From Sphyrna mokarran (Eukaryota), in contig JAGIQG010000011.1 of NCBI GenBank assembly GCA_024679065.1, positions 39,494,001 to 39,558,000 of the forward strand: a stretch of 64,000 nucleotides of DNA. The letters are read 5' to 3'. Positions within the stretch are counted from its first letter, which is position 1, and each line of letters begins with the position of its first letter. This document shows, in pieces, positions 26,215-38,571 of the stretch. The translations under genes were made by a program, and so were the position numbers. The notes under the pieces are model-generated. The model was given only the letters and a program-made list of their open reading frames with translations, did no database searches and had not been told where the DNA came from.

Positions 26215-26880
26215 GTTTGAAAAATGAACTTGCTTTATTTCATCTTTTGCTCTAGCTTTTGCATTTACCTGCAGCAATTAAATTTCTGATTTTTGCCAGA
26301 TGCCCAGCAGGGGGCTGAATTCTTAAGCCCTGCCAGAGATTGAAATGGGTATGGACAGGAGTTGAAAATACCAGTGCCCAGATCCGGTCTGGTTTTGTGG
26401 TCCTGATCCTGGCACCGGACATTTGCACCTAATTGTGTCTGGTGCAGTTAAGGCTATCCGTGCCCAAGAATCGTATAGCCAAGTAGCTTTGAGAAGAGTC
26501 TTTCTAAGCACACTTATGGGAGGCTATCTGGCCTTTAACTAGATTTAACTGTTTGGAAATTGGATCCATTAGCAAGCTGGATAGGCAGTTGAAAACTAGA
26601 GGTTTTCCCAATCTGCCTGCAAAGGAACTTCAATTCCTCCAATGGTAGGGTGGCCCCAGCCAATTTAGAAGAAACCCCGGTAAGCATCCCCATGAGTGAA
26701 TGCACTCCTAGCCTCCGCTGCTAAGGGAAGATTCAGAAAACTCAGTCGATATAAAATGCTCAATATGCAGTTCATAATAATGGGCAGATCAGCTGTTTTA
26801 TTTTTATTTGAGCTTTATGCAATATAAACATATGCTATAGAGACCCTGTTGTATTATTCTTCTTTCCATCTGAATTTTAG

Positions 26881-27159
26881 AACCACCAAGTTTTATAGAA
26901 AAGCCTGTAGACCAGGAAACTCTACCCGGTTCCACAGTACACTTTAGAAGTGTTGTGAGAGGAACTGCTCCACTTTCTATAAAATGGCTGAAGGATGGCA
27001 GGGAGCTGATTTCTGGAGCTGACTGTTCCGTTTTAACTGAAGGTTCAACAAGTTTATTGGAATTATTTTCAGCTAAAGTGTCTGATTTGGGTGACTATAC
27101 TTGTGAAATCAGCAACAAAGTTGGCAGCGCCACCTGTACAGCAAGACTATTTGTCAAAG
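26881..27159 (+). CDS. ttn: Titin Ig exon 4F
   Basis: AG/GT, 279 nt; EPPSFIEKPVDQETLPGS. Confidence 0.94.
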
Positions 27160-27404
27160 GTGTGTATTTTAGATTTGCTTGTGGAATACTGTTAAAATTC
27201 TGTCTTTGACCAGTTTGAAAACTTTGCATGTTCGGTTTGTTACATGCTTTCTCTTGTCACTCTTAATGTTACTATTGAGCTTTGTGCTATCTTCCTTTGC
27301 TCTTTTATATGCTGCACGTATTTCATTGACTGCAATTTAATTCTCTCCCCTAGAAACAGAATAGGAATGATTTGGAGATGCCAGTGTTGGACTGGGGTAA
27401 GCGT

Positions 27405-27472
27405 AGTAAGAAGTCTCACAATACCAGGTTAAATCTGTTGGACTTTAACCTGATGTTGTGAGAGTTCTTACT
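27405..27472. repeat. Inverted repeat (29-bp arms, 10-nt loop); probable remnant of a Penelope-like retroelement end
   Basis: agtaagaagtctcacaataccaggttaaa...tttaacctgatgttgtgagagttcttact; the family assignment is from memory of shark repeats. Confidence 0.6.
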
Positions 27473-28275
27473 GTAACAGGATAGGAGGCAGGAGACCCAT
27501 TTAATTGCATAAGAAAGTGCAGATTGGAAACGACTTTGTCTTTTTGTCTCACCCCAATTAAGTCTGGAGAAGAAAGGCCTGAAGACAGCCTTCCCTCCTG
27601 AAAGGCCCTTGTGTGACTATTTCCAAGCCTAATCACCCTGCCATTGTTATTTAACCAGCAATAAACTGCAGCCACAACATGCTTATTTGTGTTGTGGTTC
27701 ACTAGGTAACCCTGCCAGGTATCTTGTAGTCTGATGGAACTGGGGTCCGTGGGGTCACTTCTATTTGGGCAGCCCCTTCCCAATGGAGATAGCTGCTTGA
27801 GGCATGGGCCATGTATCCCACCCACCTATACTAACATTCCTCCACCATCCCTCAGAGAGACGTTCCCCATTTATTTTGTTCCTGGGGCTTCTTTGCTGAA
27901 CCTCTCTGCCTGGACCTCCTGTGATAGCAGCAGCCAATGTTCCTGGTGGCAAAGCTAATACTGGAGAACTAGTGCTCCTCTGATTAGCTGACAGCATTCA
28001 GGAGGCGGGGGCTGGGGGGGGCGGGGGGCAGGAATTTCCTTTTGAGGACAATGGAGAGCCCAGACCCAACTCAGATCCAGTGCCTGAATGATAGTAAATT
28101 GGGTTTGAGGAGTAGAGCATGGAAATATCACATTAGGGTTGCCACCAGCTCTCCCAAGGGGAGACAGGCCCCACTGCTGCAAGCATTAAATTTTGCCTAT
28201 TTTCCTTTATACGTTACATGAATTTGTTCCTGCCTTTTACTCTTGTAATGAAGTTTACCACATTTTCTTCTCTAG

Positions 28276-28557
28276 AACCTCCATATTTCATTAAGAAGTT
28301 AGATCCTGAAGCAATATTTAAAAGAGGAGAGACAGCAATTTTTGAGTGCAAAGTAACTGGCACGCCTGAAATCAAAATCTCTTGGTTCAAGCATTATCGT
28401 GAGATTCATGCCAGTGAAAAATACAAGATGTCATTTGTTGATTCTGTAGCTATCCTTAAAATTGCTGATATAAGCCTGGATGACAGTGGGGATTATTTCT
28501 GTAAAGCACAAAATGAAGCTGGCAGTGAATCTTGTGAAATTAAAGTTGCAGTGAAAG
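28276..28557 (+). CDS. ttn: Titin Ig exon 5A
   Basis: AG/GT, 282 nt; EPPYFIKKLDP. Confidence 0.94.
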
Positions 28558-29059
28558 GTTTGTAAAAAATTCTGGTTACATTTTCTATTACAAGTAAGTT
28601 AGCCTTTCTGGAAGCGTTGCACGTTCCTATTGTACATCTACAGAATATGTAGGAATCTTGACTTAGCAACCTAGTTTCTTTTATCTTTTCAATTATGGAG
28701 TAGAAATTAATTCTGTGCGGAAAACTGGTGGGTGGAGACATTTTCTTCAGAGGCCGGGAAGATTTTATCTATTACGTTTGATTCAAAAGTAGCTATTCAG
28801 TCATTTGCTGCCTGAACTGTACCAAGATTTCCACTTGTTGGTGATGTTCCTAACAAAATCCGTTGGAAGCCTCACCCACTGCCAAAATCAGTGGGAAATG
28901 TCAAGAAAATGGAAATGTGTCTGTCTGTAAACAACTCCCCCATTACTACAGATGGGGTTCGTTAAAGTTCCCCTTCTATTATTTTATCCTCGTTACAATC
29001 ATTGCATCTAGGCAAAATTTGATTTGATGTGGATTGTTGGTGCTATTGAAACCTGTCAT

Positions 29060-29230
29060 ACAATCATAGAATCCTACAATGCAGAAGGAGGCCATTTCGC
29101 CCACTGAGTCTGCACCACCTATAATACTCCTAGCCCTATTCCCATAACCCATGCATTTAGCTTCATTAATCCCCTGACACTAAGAGGAAATTTAGCACGG
29201 TCAATTTATCTAACCTGCACATCTTTGGAT
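29060..29230 (-). mobile_element. HE1-like SINE, 3' half
   Basis: catagaatcctacaatgcagaaggaggccatt...taacctgcacatctttgga; matches the 6528 element. Confidence 0.75.
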
Positions 29231-29302
29231 GGGACTGAATTAAAAAGTAAATGTGAGGGATCTTTTATTTTAAAATATTTGGCGCTCTTTAGTTGTCATG
29301 TT

Positions 29303-29618
29303 GGCACAGTGCTTAGTACTGCTGTTTCACAACACCAGGGACCTGGGTTCAATTCTAGCCTTGGGTGACTGTGTGGATTTGCATGTGTTGTCTGTGTTTG
29401 CATGGGTTTTCTCCAGGTATTCCGCTTAAAGATATGCAGGTTAGGTGGATTGGCCATGCTAAATTGACCCTTAGTATCTCAAGATATGTAAATTAGGGGA
29501 ATTAATGGGTAAGTATGTGAGATTACAAGAATAAGGCCAGGATGGGATGCTGTGTTGGAGAGTTGGTGCAGACTTGATAGGCCAAATGACCTCTTCCTGC
29601 ACTGTAAGGATTCTATGA
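29303..29618 (+). mobile_element. HE1-like SINE, near full length
   Basis: ggcacagtgcttagtactgctg head, gggttcaattc B box, ...gcactgtaaggattctatga tail. Confidence 0.8.
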
Positions 29619-29800
29619 CTAATCTGCATTAAACATTAACCGAAGCAGAAAATGTCCATATTGGTATATTTTCCATGATTATTCATCAGATATTTTACTG
29701 AAAATCAGTTGAGAATTTTTAGTATCAGGGAGTCACTTTACAGAACTTGGATTTTAGAAGCAGATAATTTGTAAACCATGTTGTGTGTTTATTTTTATAG

Positions 29801-30079
29801 AACCTCCCACATTTACGAAGAAGTTTGAACCAGTTGAGGTAGTAAAATCAACTGATGTTACTCTTGAGTGTGAGGTGACTGGTTCAGGTCCCTTTGAAGT
29901 TCTGTGGTATAAGGACAATAAACACATTCGACGCAGTAAAAAATACAAAATGATCTCTGATGCTTCTTTAGTCAGTCTTTGCATTCTAACGTCTGATAGC
30001 TCAGATGTTGGCGAATACACATGTACAGTAAAAAATAATGTTGGGAGTTGCTCCTGCAGTTCTACAGTCAGTTTGAAAG
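29801..30079 (+). CDS. ttn: Titin Ig exon 5B
   Basis: AG/GT, 279 nt; EPPTFTKKFEP. Confidence 0.94.
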
Positions 30080-30255
30080 GTTAGTGGCAACCCAGTTCTC
30101 CTTAGTAATTTATGTGGATGCAGCGTGGTATCTGCATGTTGTCATTTTCCTGTATCTCATTATTAAATAACTTGAAACATAAAATATTTAATAATTAAAT
30201 ATTGGTTGATTACATATAAATTATAACAGCTTATATTCTCTTTACTTTGAACCAG

Positions 30256-30534
30256 AGAGACCAACCTTCGTACAAACAATAGAAAATGCAACAGTATTTT
30301 CTGGAAATCCTGCTGTATTTCAATGTCTTGTAAAGGGCTCAGTTCCAATAACTACAAGCTGGAAAAAAGATGGCAAACATGTTAAAGAAGCTGATAATGT
30401 AAAAATGTCCTTTGAAAACAATGTTGCCACGTTGCAGATTATTAAAGTTGAAGAAAAAGACAGTGGAAGTTATATGTGTCAGGCAAAGAATGACGCAGGA
30501 ACTGCAAAATGCGTTGCTACATTGGCCGTAATGG
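30256..30534 (+). CDS. ttn: Titin Ig exon 5C (absent from the ORF track)
   Basis: Hand translation is open: ERPTFVQTIEN...DSGSYMCQAKNDAG; 279 nt, AG/GT. Confidence 0.92.
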
Positions 30535-31128
30535 GTTAGTAGCAAGTAATAAACACCGGTGTTGTTCACAAGCTGTTGATCTCAGTTTCATGACATTTAA
30601 TTTTCCACATAAAATTATTTTTAGATTTATACATTAATTCTGTGACCATCCAAGTTACCAATGTTATAACTGGCACTGGGAATGTGGAGCAGTCATTATT
30701 AGAAACAAACACTCAAATATGGCACTATTAAATACAGGATATGGTTCCTCAACCATGTCCCCTTAACATATCTCTCATAAACTCTTGGAAGAGTTCTTCC
30801 ACTTCATCAATGTGATTTTTGTCCATTAACCTCATCATCAATGTTGTCGCATCTCTAAATGAGACTGTTGACTTAATCCCCAGATAGGGATAGTTTTGCC
30901 ATATGAGCACAAACCATTGTGAGCTCTATGGAGACCATGCAAAGCCTTTTCACATGAAACACACACAGAAAGATTGACTAACATTGCAGAATGTTTACCA
31001 GGTCGACCCTAATTCTGAGTCACCAAACCCATTGTACAGCCATCTATCACCAAAGTGTCTTAAAATAGCAATCTTTACACCAATAATGTACAGTTTCCCT
31101 GATGCAAATAATTTAATTCTTCCTGCAG

Positions 31129-31407
31129 AACCTGCAAATATCATAGAAAAAACAGAGCAACTCACTGTGTCTTCAGGAAACCCAGCCATTTTGGAATGTA
31201 TTGTAGCTGGTACACCAGAGTTAAGCGTTGCATGGTTTAAAAATGGAAAGCAACTGGAATCAAATAAAAAATATAAAATGAGTTTTGTGAATAAGGTGGC
31301 CAGTCTAAAAATTCTGTCTGCTGAAATGGATGATAGTGCTGACTATACTTTTAAAGTTCAAAATGAGTTTGGAGCCGACAGCTGCGATATTTCTTTGACA
31401 ATACTAG
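31129..31407 (+). CDS. ttn: Titin Ig exon 5D
   Basis: AG/GT, 279 nt; EPANIIEKTE. Confidence 0.94.
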
Positions 31408-31542
31408 GTCAGTGATTAATTTGTATTGAAAGCTTTGATTTCATGAAGCAATTATTTTAAAACCAAATCTTATCTCCAAGTTTGAAACAATTGACTTTTT
31501 TTTTAATCATTTTGTTCTTTTTCTTTCCCTTGTACTGGACAG

Positions 31543-31830
31543 AACAAATAATTGCTCCATTGTTTACAAGAAAATTAAAGGAAATGAGTAGTATTTTAGG
31601 ATCTTTTGTACGTATGGAATGCAAAGTTTCTGGTTCTATTCCCATGGACGTTACTTGGTGTAAAGAGGGCAACAAAATATCGGCTAGTAACAAATACAAG
31701 ATGTTATTTCAAGACAATATGCTGTCTTTAGAAGTCAATGAGTTAGACATTTCAGATGGTGGAATTTATACTTGCAAAGTGGCAAATTCAGCAGGAAAGG
31801 ATGAATGCAGTGCTGCCTTAAGTATAAAAG
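31543..31830 (+). CDS. ttn: Titin Ig exon 5E
   Basis: AG/GT, 288 nt; EQIIAPLFTRKL. Confidence 0.94.
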
Positions 31831-32081
31831 GTTTGAAAAATTGCTTTGTCACATTTCCTTCTTATTGATAGTCTAGGGAATGTTTATTTCTTTATTAAAA
31901 TAGCCAATTGATTTTTCTTCATTTCAATGTTGAAGCAACTAAATAAACTATCAAATTTCATTTTGCTAAGTTCTTAAATATTAGCATGTACTATTCATAA
32001 AATTGTCTTCAATCTGATCATTTCTAGTAGTTTCCACATACATGAGTTAATTAAATGTGTTTTTTCTTGTATGAATTTTAG

Positions 32082-32360
32082 AGCCCCCAAGCTTTACAGA
32101 AAAAATAACATCACGAGATGTTGTACTTGGTTCTACAGTACAGTTTAGAGCTGTTGTGAAAGGAAGCACACCATTATCTACAAAATGGCTTAAAGGGGAC
32201 AGGGAGCTGTTGCATGGTGTGGCATATTCTATTTGGAATGAAGGCTCAATATATTTGTTGGAGTTGGTTTCAGCTAAAATATCTGACGCAGGTTGTTACA
32301 CCTGCCAAGTCAGCAACGATATTGATACAGTTGCCTGCTCTGCAGAATTGTTTGTGAAAG
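32082..32360 (+). CDS. ttn: Titin Ig exon 5F
   Basis: AG/GT, 279 nt; EPPSFTEKITSRDVVLGS. Confidence 0.93.
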
Positions 32361-32941
32361 GTGTGCATTTTTTATTGAACTTCTGTTTTGTACTCTATTT
32401 GCTTTCTCTTTTTAGCCATCATAATAGTTTAGAACTATCGATTTGTTTTCTTGACAGTAGATCAGCTCTCATGGTAGGCCTTTGTACTACCAGGAGAGGG
32501 GGAAATGACAATTATCCAGCATCAGTAAATTTGGGCTGATACTCAGATGTGATATTTCTCATTTGGAATCTCTGCATTAATGGTTTGATGAAGCATCATA
32601 TAGTTTGTTCTGAAGGAAGAACAGGCAAAACAAAAGTCATACATCAAATTGATGTGTATCTTAAAATGACAGAGATGGACAATTTTGAGAAGGTTTAAAT
32701 TCTAGAATGCCCTCCTCCCAAAATGAAGAATAAGCATTATGGTGGAGGCACTAATGAGAATAACTGATAGAATAAAGGAAATTTGTACACAATTGTAACG
32801 GAGAATTAAAATATAATAAATTATTTATAAATTGTAAATTTGCATTTTAAATGTATTCTAACTAATTATTATAACTAAGGGTTAGTTGGAGTTGCTTTTG
32901 ATTATTCTTTAAATTTACTCTGACATTTATTTGGCTTCCAG

Positions 32942-33223
32942 AACCTCCTAGCTTCATCAAAAAGCTAAACACTTCAGCAATATTAAAGAAAGGAGTCACA
33001 GCACATTTTGAGTGCATTGTAACTGGCACACCTGAAATTAAAGTCACTTGGTACAAACATGGCCAGGAAATTATAGCCAGTAAGAAATGTATGATGTCAT
33101 TTGATGGTTCTCTGGCAGTTCTTGAAATTATTGATGTTATGGTGGATGACAGTACATGCTACATATGTGAAGCAAGAAATGAAGCTGGTAGTATCAGCTG
33201 CAGCACTGAGGTTGAAGTTAAAG
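32942..33223 (+). CDS. ttn: Titin Ig exon 6A (absent from the ORF track)
   Basis: Hand translation is open: EPPSFIKKLNTS...DDSTCYICEARNEAG; 282 nt. Confidence 0.92.
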
Positions 33224-33342
33224 GTCTGTACTAATGCTTCCTTGATTCGGTAACAAAATATATGCTGTGGTTTCTTGAACAGGTTTCTATTAGTTTCTGC
33301 ACTTTCATTGATCTGCATTTCTTCATTGTGATTACTTTATAG

Positions 33343-33621
33343 AACCTCCCAGTTTTAGAAGGAAACTTCAGAATGCTGAGATAGTTAAAACCAGTGATAT
33401 CACCCTTGATTGTGAGGTGGCTGGAACAGGTCCTTTTGAAGTTCTGTGGTATAAGGACAATAAACAAATTCGTTGCAGCAAAAAATACAAAATGATCTCT
33501 GACAATTGTTTTGCCAGTCTCTGCATTCTAACATCCGATACCTCTGATATAGGCGAATACACATGTACAGTAAAAAATGATGTGGGGAGTTGTTCCTGCA
33601 GTTCCACAATCAGTTTGAAAG
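33343..33621 (+). CDS. ttn: Titin Ig exon 6B (probable chimeric duplication-junction exon)
   Basis: AG/GT, 279 nt; EPPSFRRKLQNAEIVK. Confidence 0.93.
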
Positions 33622-33812
33622 GTTAGTTGTAGCATGTTGTCAGAAAATAATTTTTTTCATTGTTAGTAGTGCTATTCTAGTTGTCTTGTTCTCCATTGGA
33701 AAAGTAATTGCTAAGATCTTTGTGGAAGCATTCTACCTTTATATGTTGAAGCATTGTTAGAAAAAAAATGGAAAACTAAAATATATTCACATTGCCATTT
33801 GCTTTGAACCAG

Positions 33813-34091
33813 AACCCCCAGGATTTATAAAGACAATTGAAAATGTCACAACATTGTCAGGGAATTCTGTTGTGTTCCAATGTCTAGTAAGAGGCTCAAC
33901 ACCTATTCATGTAACTTGGAAGAAAGACAATGTTGTTGTCAAAGAAGATGGCAATATTAAGCTGTCTTTTGAAAATAATCTTGCTGCTCTTCAGATAAAT
34001 ACTGTTGGAGAAAACCATGCTGGGAATTATACATGTCATATTAAAAATGATGCAGGAACTGAGAGGTGTTTTGCCACCTTGTTAGTAGCAG
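33813..34091 (+). CDS. ttn: Titin Ig exon 6C
   Basis: AG/GT, 279 nt; EPPGFIKTIEN. Confidence 0.94.
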
Positions 34092-34224
34092 GTCAGTGCC
34101 ATGTTAGTTTATAGTACTTTCCATTTCAAACTTTTTATTAATTGCAAATAAATACAGATTCCTTGTCATGCATCATAGAGCTCATAGCAGTAATATATTG
34201 AAGAGATCTTTTTCTCCTTCATAG

Positions 34225-34503
34225 AACCAGCCAAAATCACAGAACAAGCGCAGTCAATCAGTGTGACTGCAGGGAATCCAGCAAGCTTGGAATGTACTGT
34301 GGCTGGTACACCAGAACTAAAAGTTAAATGCTTTAAGGATGGTAATGAAATGGCACCTAGCAAAAAACATAAATTCAGCTTCGAGAATAATGTGGTCAGC
34401 CTAAAATTTCCTTCCGTTTCTGAGGATGATACTGCTGAATATACTTTTGAGGTCAAGAATGAGTTTGGCACCAGCACCTGTAAAGCTTCATTGTCTGTAT
34501 TAG
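34225..34503 (+). CDS. ttn: Titin Ig exon 6D (core Trp replaced by Cys)
   Basis: AG/GT, 279 nt; GTPELKVKCFKDG. Confidence 0.92.
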
Positions 34504-34845
34504 GTTCGTGTTTGATTTACATTTAAAATTCAATTAATTTAAATATCCAGCACAATTTAAAAGCTTTGCTTTCAAATAATTGACCATAAACATAGATAAA
34601 GGATTCCGTAGTATATTTTTTTCTTATTGAGACCCAGTAATGATAACAATATCCAAATCAACTATTTTAAAAATGTCTTGTTTTCAATGGACTTTGAAGT
34701 ATATGTCCTTGTAAAGCTGAAAATTAAACTGTTGAAATCATCCCTACTTATTAAAAACAATCATAGTTGATTTGATTGATGTAAAGCTTTCGGAAATATT
34801 TATTCTAAGTTGACCATTGTGCTTTTGTTACCTTGTCTTGAACAG

Positions 34846-35133
34846 ATCAAATTATTCCCCCATTGTTTACAAGAAAATTACGAGATTTGGATGCTGTTTT
34901 AGGATCTTTCGTTATTATGGAATGCAAACTTGCAGGATCTCTTCCAATGAGCTTTACATGGTATAAGGATTTCAAAGTAATAACATCTGGTGAAAAATAC
35001 CAAGTATTATGTCAAGATAGTGCAACAACACTGCAAGTTAATGATCTAGAGTTTTCTGATCACGGCACTTACATTTGCAAAGCGACAAATTCAGTGGGAA
35101 GCGATGAATGTAGTGGAGTCTTAAATATAACAG
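34846..35133 (+). CDS. ttn: Titin Ig exon 6E
   Basis: AG/GT, 288 nt; DQIIPPLFTRKL. Confidence 0.94.
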
Positions 35134-35277
35134 GTTTGAAAGATGAACGTGCTTTACAATTCCTATTCTAGCTTTTGTATTTACTTCACTTGTTCAGTTT
35201 CTGACTTTTCCTCAGTGCCCTGAAAATGTAAACTAAGTACTAAAGGGATTACATTTTTCTTTCCACCTGAATTTTAG

Positions 35278-35556
35278 AACCACCAAGTTTTACGGAAAAG
35301 CCTGTAGCCCAGCAAACTCTACCTGGTTCCACAGTGCAGTTTAGAAGTGTTGTGAAAGGAACTCCTCCACTTTCTATAAAATGGCTGAAAGATGGCAGGG
35401 AGCTGATGTCTGGAGCTGACTGTTTCATTTTAAATGAAGGTTCAACAAGTTTACTCGAGTTGCTTTCAGCTAAAGTGTCTGATTTGGGTGACTATACTTG
35501 TGAAGTCAGCAACAAAGTTGGCAGCGCCGCTTGTACAGCAAGTCTGTTTGTCAAAG
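35278..35556 (+). CDS. ttn: Titin Ig exon 6F
   Basis: AG/GT, 279 nt; EPPSFTEKPVAQQTLPGS. Confidence 0.94.
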
Positions 35557-35822
35557 GTGTGTATTTTAGGTTCATTTGTTAAACCATTGTGGAACACTTA
35601 AAAGTTCTGATTTCAACCTGTTTGAAAACTTTGCATATCTGCAAAGTTATTTTTCTTTGGTTTGTTATGTGCCTTTCTCTTGTTTGTTACTTTCAATGTC
35701 ACTATTGTTTGTGTGTTGTTTTTCTCTATTTCTTCATGTTCGTAGGCATTGATTTTACGTTGTCCTTATTTGTTGCTGCCTTTTTACTATTGTAATGAAG
35801 TTTACCACGTTTTCTTCTCTAG

Positions 35823-36104
35823 AACCTCCATATTTCATTAAGAAGTTAGATTCCGCGGCAATATTTAAAAGAGGAGAGACAGCAAGTTTTAAGTGCAAAG
35901 TTACTGGCACGCCTGAAATCAAAATCTCTTGGTTCAGGAACCACCGTGAGATTAGTGCCAATGAAAAATACAGAATGTCATTTATTGATTCTGTGGCAAT
36001 CTTTGAGATTGTCAATGTAAACCTGGATGACAGTGGGAATTATTCTTGTAAAGCACAAAATGAAGTTGGCAGTGAATCTTGCGAGATTAAAGTTACAGTG
36101 AAAG
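35823..36104 (+). CDS. ttn: Titin Ig exon 7A
   Basis: AG/GT, 282 nt; EPPYFIKKLDS. Confidence 0.94.
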
Positions 36105-37314
36105 GTTTGTAAAAATTCTGGTTACATTTCCTGTCAGAAGTAAATTAGTCTTTCTGAAAGTGTTGCAAGTTCCTTTTGTGCGCATTTGGAATAGTTGCGA
36201 ATCTTGATTTTTTAACAGTCTAGTTTTATTGCTTCATTTCAATTGTGGAATAGAAATTAATTCTGTGCGGGAATCTGGCAAATGTAAACTATGGCAGCAT
36301 TTCTTCACTACGGGCCTAGGGAGACTTTCGCCAGAATTCAGGTACTACGGATCCAGAGCGAGTGAGAGGTGGATAACAGAAATGTCCATTGACCTCAGGA
36401 GGAATTTCCAGTCTTGCTCGAGTGAGGCCATAAAATTATTCCCCTTAATTTTTGGATCTGATTTGATTGTGGTCATTTGACTGTTTGGAGCAGTAAGTGA
36501 CAACTGGCTTCCTGTGACAAGGCATTAGGTGGGGGGAGATAGATACTGTGGAGCGATGGTTGTAAGGTGTGTTACATCTGGCTTCTGACACTGGGAAACT
36601 CCAGATAGTATCAGCAAGATAAACCAAGGAGAAGGACTGTGTGAGATTCTCAGATTCCTTGAGAGATTCTCTGCTGAAGGGCGAATCCAAGAGCAAAGAT
36701 GACAGACTTTCTTTCTGAGGCCAGAAGATGTTTCTACTATGGAATTGCTTTTGGTTTATCTTGAAAATGCTGCTATCTTCCGGACAACTTAAACTGGAGA
36801 ATGGCCATTCGAGGCATTCCGCATCATCCTCAAAAGAAAAATAAAATTCCCATTTGGCTCCCGTGCATATAATTGGACTCCAATTTGTGGTTATCAGTCA
36901 GATTTCAGCTACACTCCAATACACATTTTTCTCTACCCGAAGGATTGGTGTTAAAAATGGTGAACTGGCAAGAGTGGACCTGGAAATGAAGATGTTCGAT
37001 TTTCACTGCTTCCTTCTTTCCTGTTGATGGGGCACAGGGAAAACTCTCTGTAATCGCATCTGGGAAAATTTCTAAACATTGAGGATTAATAACACCATTG
37101 GAAATTGTCCATAAGGAAAAAAACAACAAGCGTATAAGTGTATTTGAATAATTCAATGATAGCTGAAAGAGAAACTAGCCAGATGTTGGTTTGTCTTGCG
37201 CATTAGCCATTGCTCTTTAAAAATGAATCTCAATTCTTTATGTGATTTATAATTTTTGGAGTCAACTTGCTAAATCTGAATTTTATAAATCATGTTATCA
37301 TCTTTACTCTTTAG

Positions 37315-37593
37315 AACCTCCCACATTTATGAAGAAGCTTGAACCACTTGAGGTAGTAAAATCCACTGATTTCACTCTTGAATGTGAAGTGGCCGGTTCA
37401 AGTCCCTTTGAAGTTGTGTGGTATAAAGACAATAAACAAATACGACACAGTAAAAAATACAAAATGATTACTGATATTTCTTTAGTCAGTCTTTGCATTC
37501 TAACGTCTGACAGCTCAGATGTTGGTGAATACAAATGTGCGGTAAAAAATGATGTTGGGAGTTGCTCCTGCAGTTCTACAGTCAGTTTAAAAG
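37315..37593 (+). CDS. ttn: Titin Ig exon 7B
   Basis: AG/GT, 279 nt; EPPTFMKKLEP. Confidence 0.94.
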
Positions 37594-37745
37594 GTTAGTG
37601 GCAATCTAGTTCCTCTCAGTAATTTTTGCTGGATATTTATTATTATGTTCTTATGAGGTATTATTGAATACCTTGAAATAATTTTTGATCTTTGGCTATG
37701 TAATTATAAAATGTAACAGGTTATATTCTCTTTACTTTGAACCAG

Positions 37746-38024
37746 AGAGACCAACCTTCGTACAAACAATAGAAAATGCAACAGTGTTTTCTGGAAATCC
37801 TGCTGTATTTCAATGTCTTGTAAAGGGCTCAGTTCCAATAACTACAAGCTGGAAAAAAGATGGCAAACATGTCATAGAAGATGATAATGTAAAAATGTCC
37901 TTTGAAAATAATGTTGCCACGTTGCAGATTATTAAGGTTGAAGAAAAAGACAGTGGATATTATATATGTCAGGCAAAGAATGACGCAGGAACTGCAAAAT
38001 GCTTTGCTACATTAGCAGTATTGG
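37746..38024 (+). CDS. ttn: Titin Ig exon 7C
   Basis: AG/GT, 279 nt; ERPTFVQTIEN. Confidence 0.94.
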
Positions 38025-38571
38025 GTTAGTAGCAAGTCATAAATACAAATCATTATCCAAAAGTTCTCAATTTATAATATATACCCCTCCAAGCAAAATT
38101 ATTTTAATGTCAAAATTAAAAATGACAATGAGAACATTTTCCATGCTGAGAATCCATCTTCAGGAACAATAGTTTCTTTTGATTACTGCCAAAGGTATGA
38201 CTCTGGCAAATACTTGGAAGAGTATGTCCGCTTCATCCCAGTGGATTAATTGAATTTTCCTCATCATCTGTTTTATGAGCTGTCAATGATATTGTTAATA
38301 TAATGCCAGAATGGAGCAATAGCTCTCCATTGAACACAAACCTATTATGAGTTGATTTGAAGCCGCCCAAACTCATTTCACATGGATCACCTACAGTCCT
38401 TGTGCAGACTGACACCCCTATTGTAGCAGCCTTTACTGGATTTATACCCAACCCATGAGTTACCAAAACAATTCTGCATGTTTCTGTACCCATGTTAATT
38501 TCTTAACGTAGAAATGCTAACACAATTATTACATAGTTCTCCTGACGGAAATAGTCTAATTTCTCCAACAG

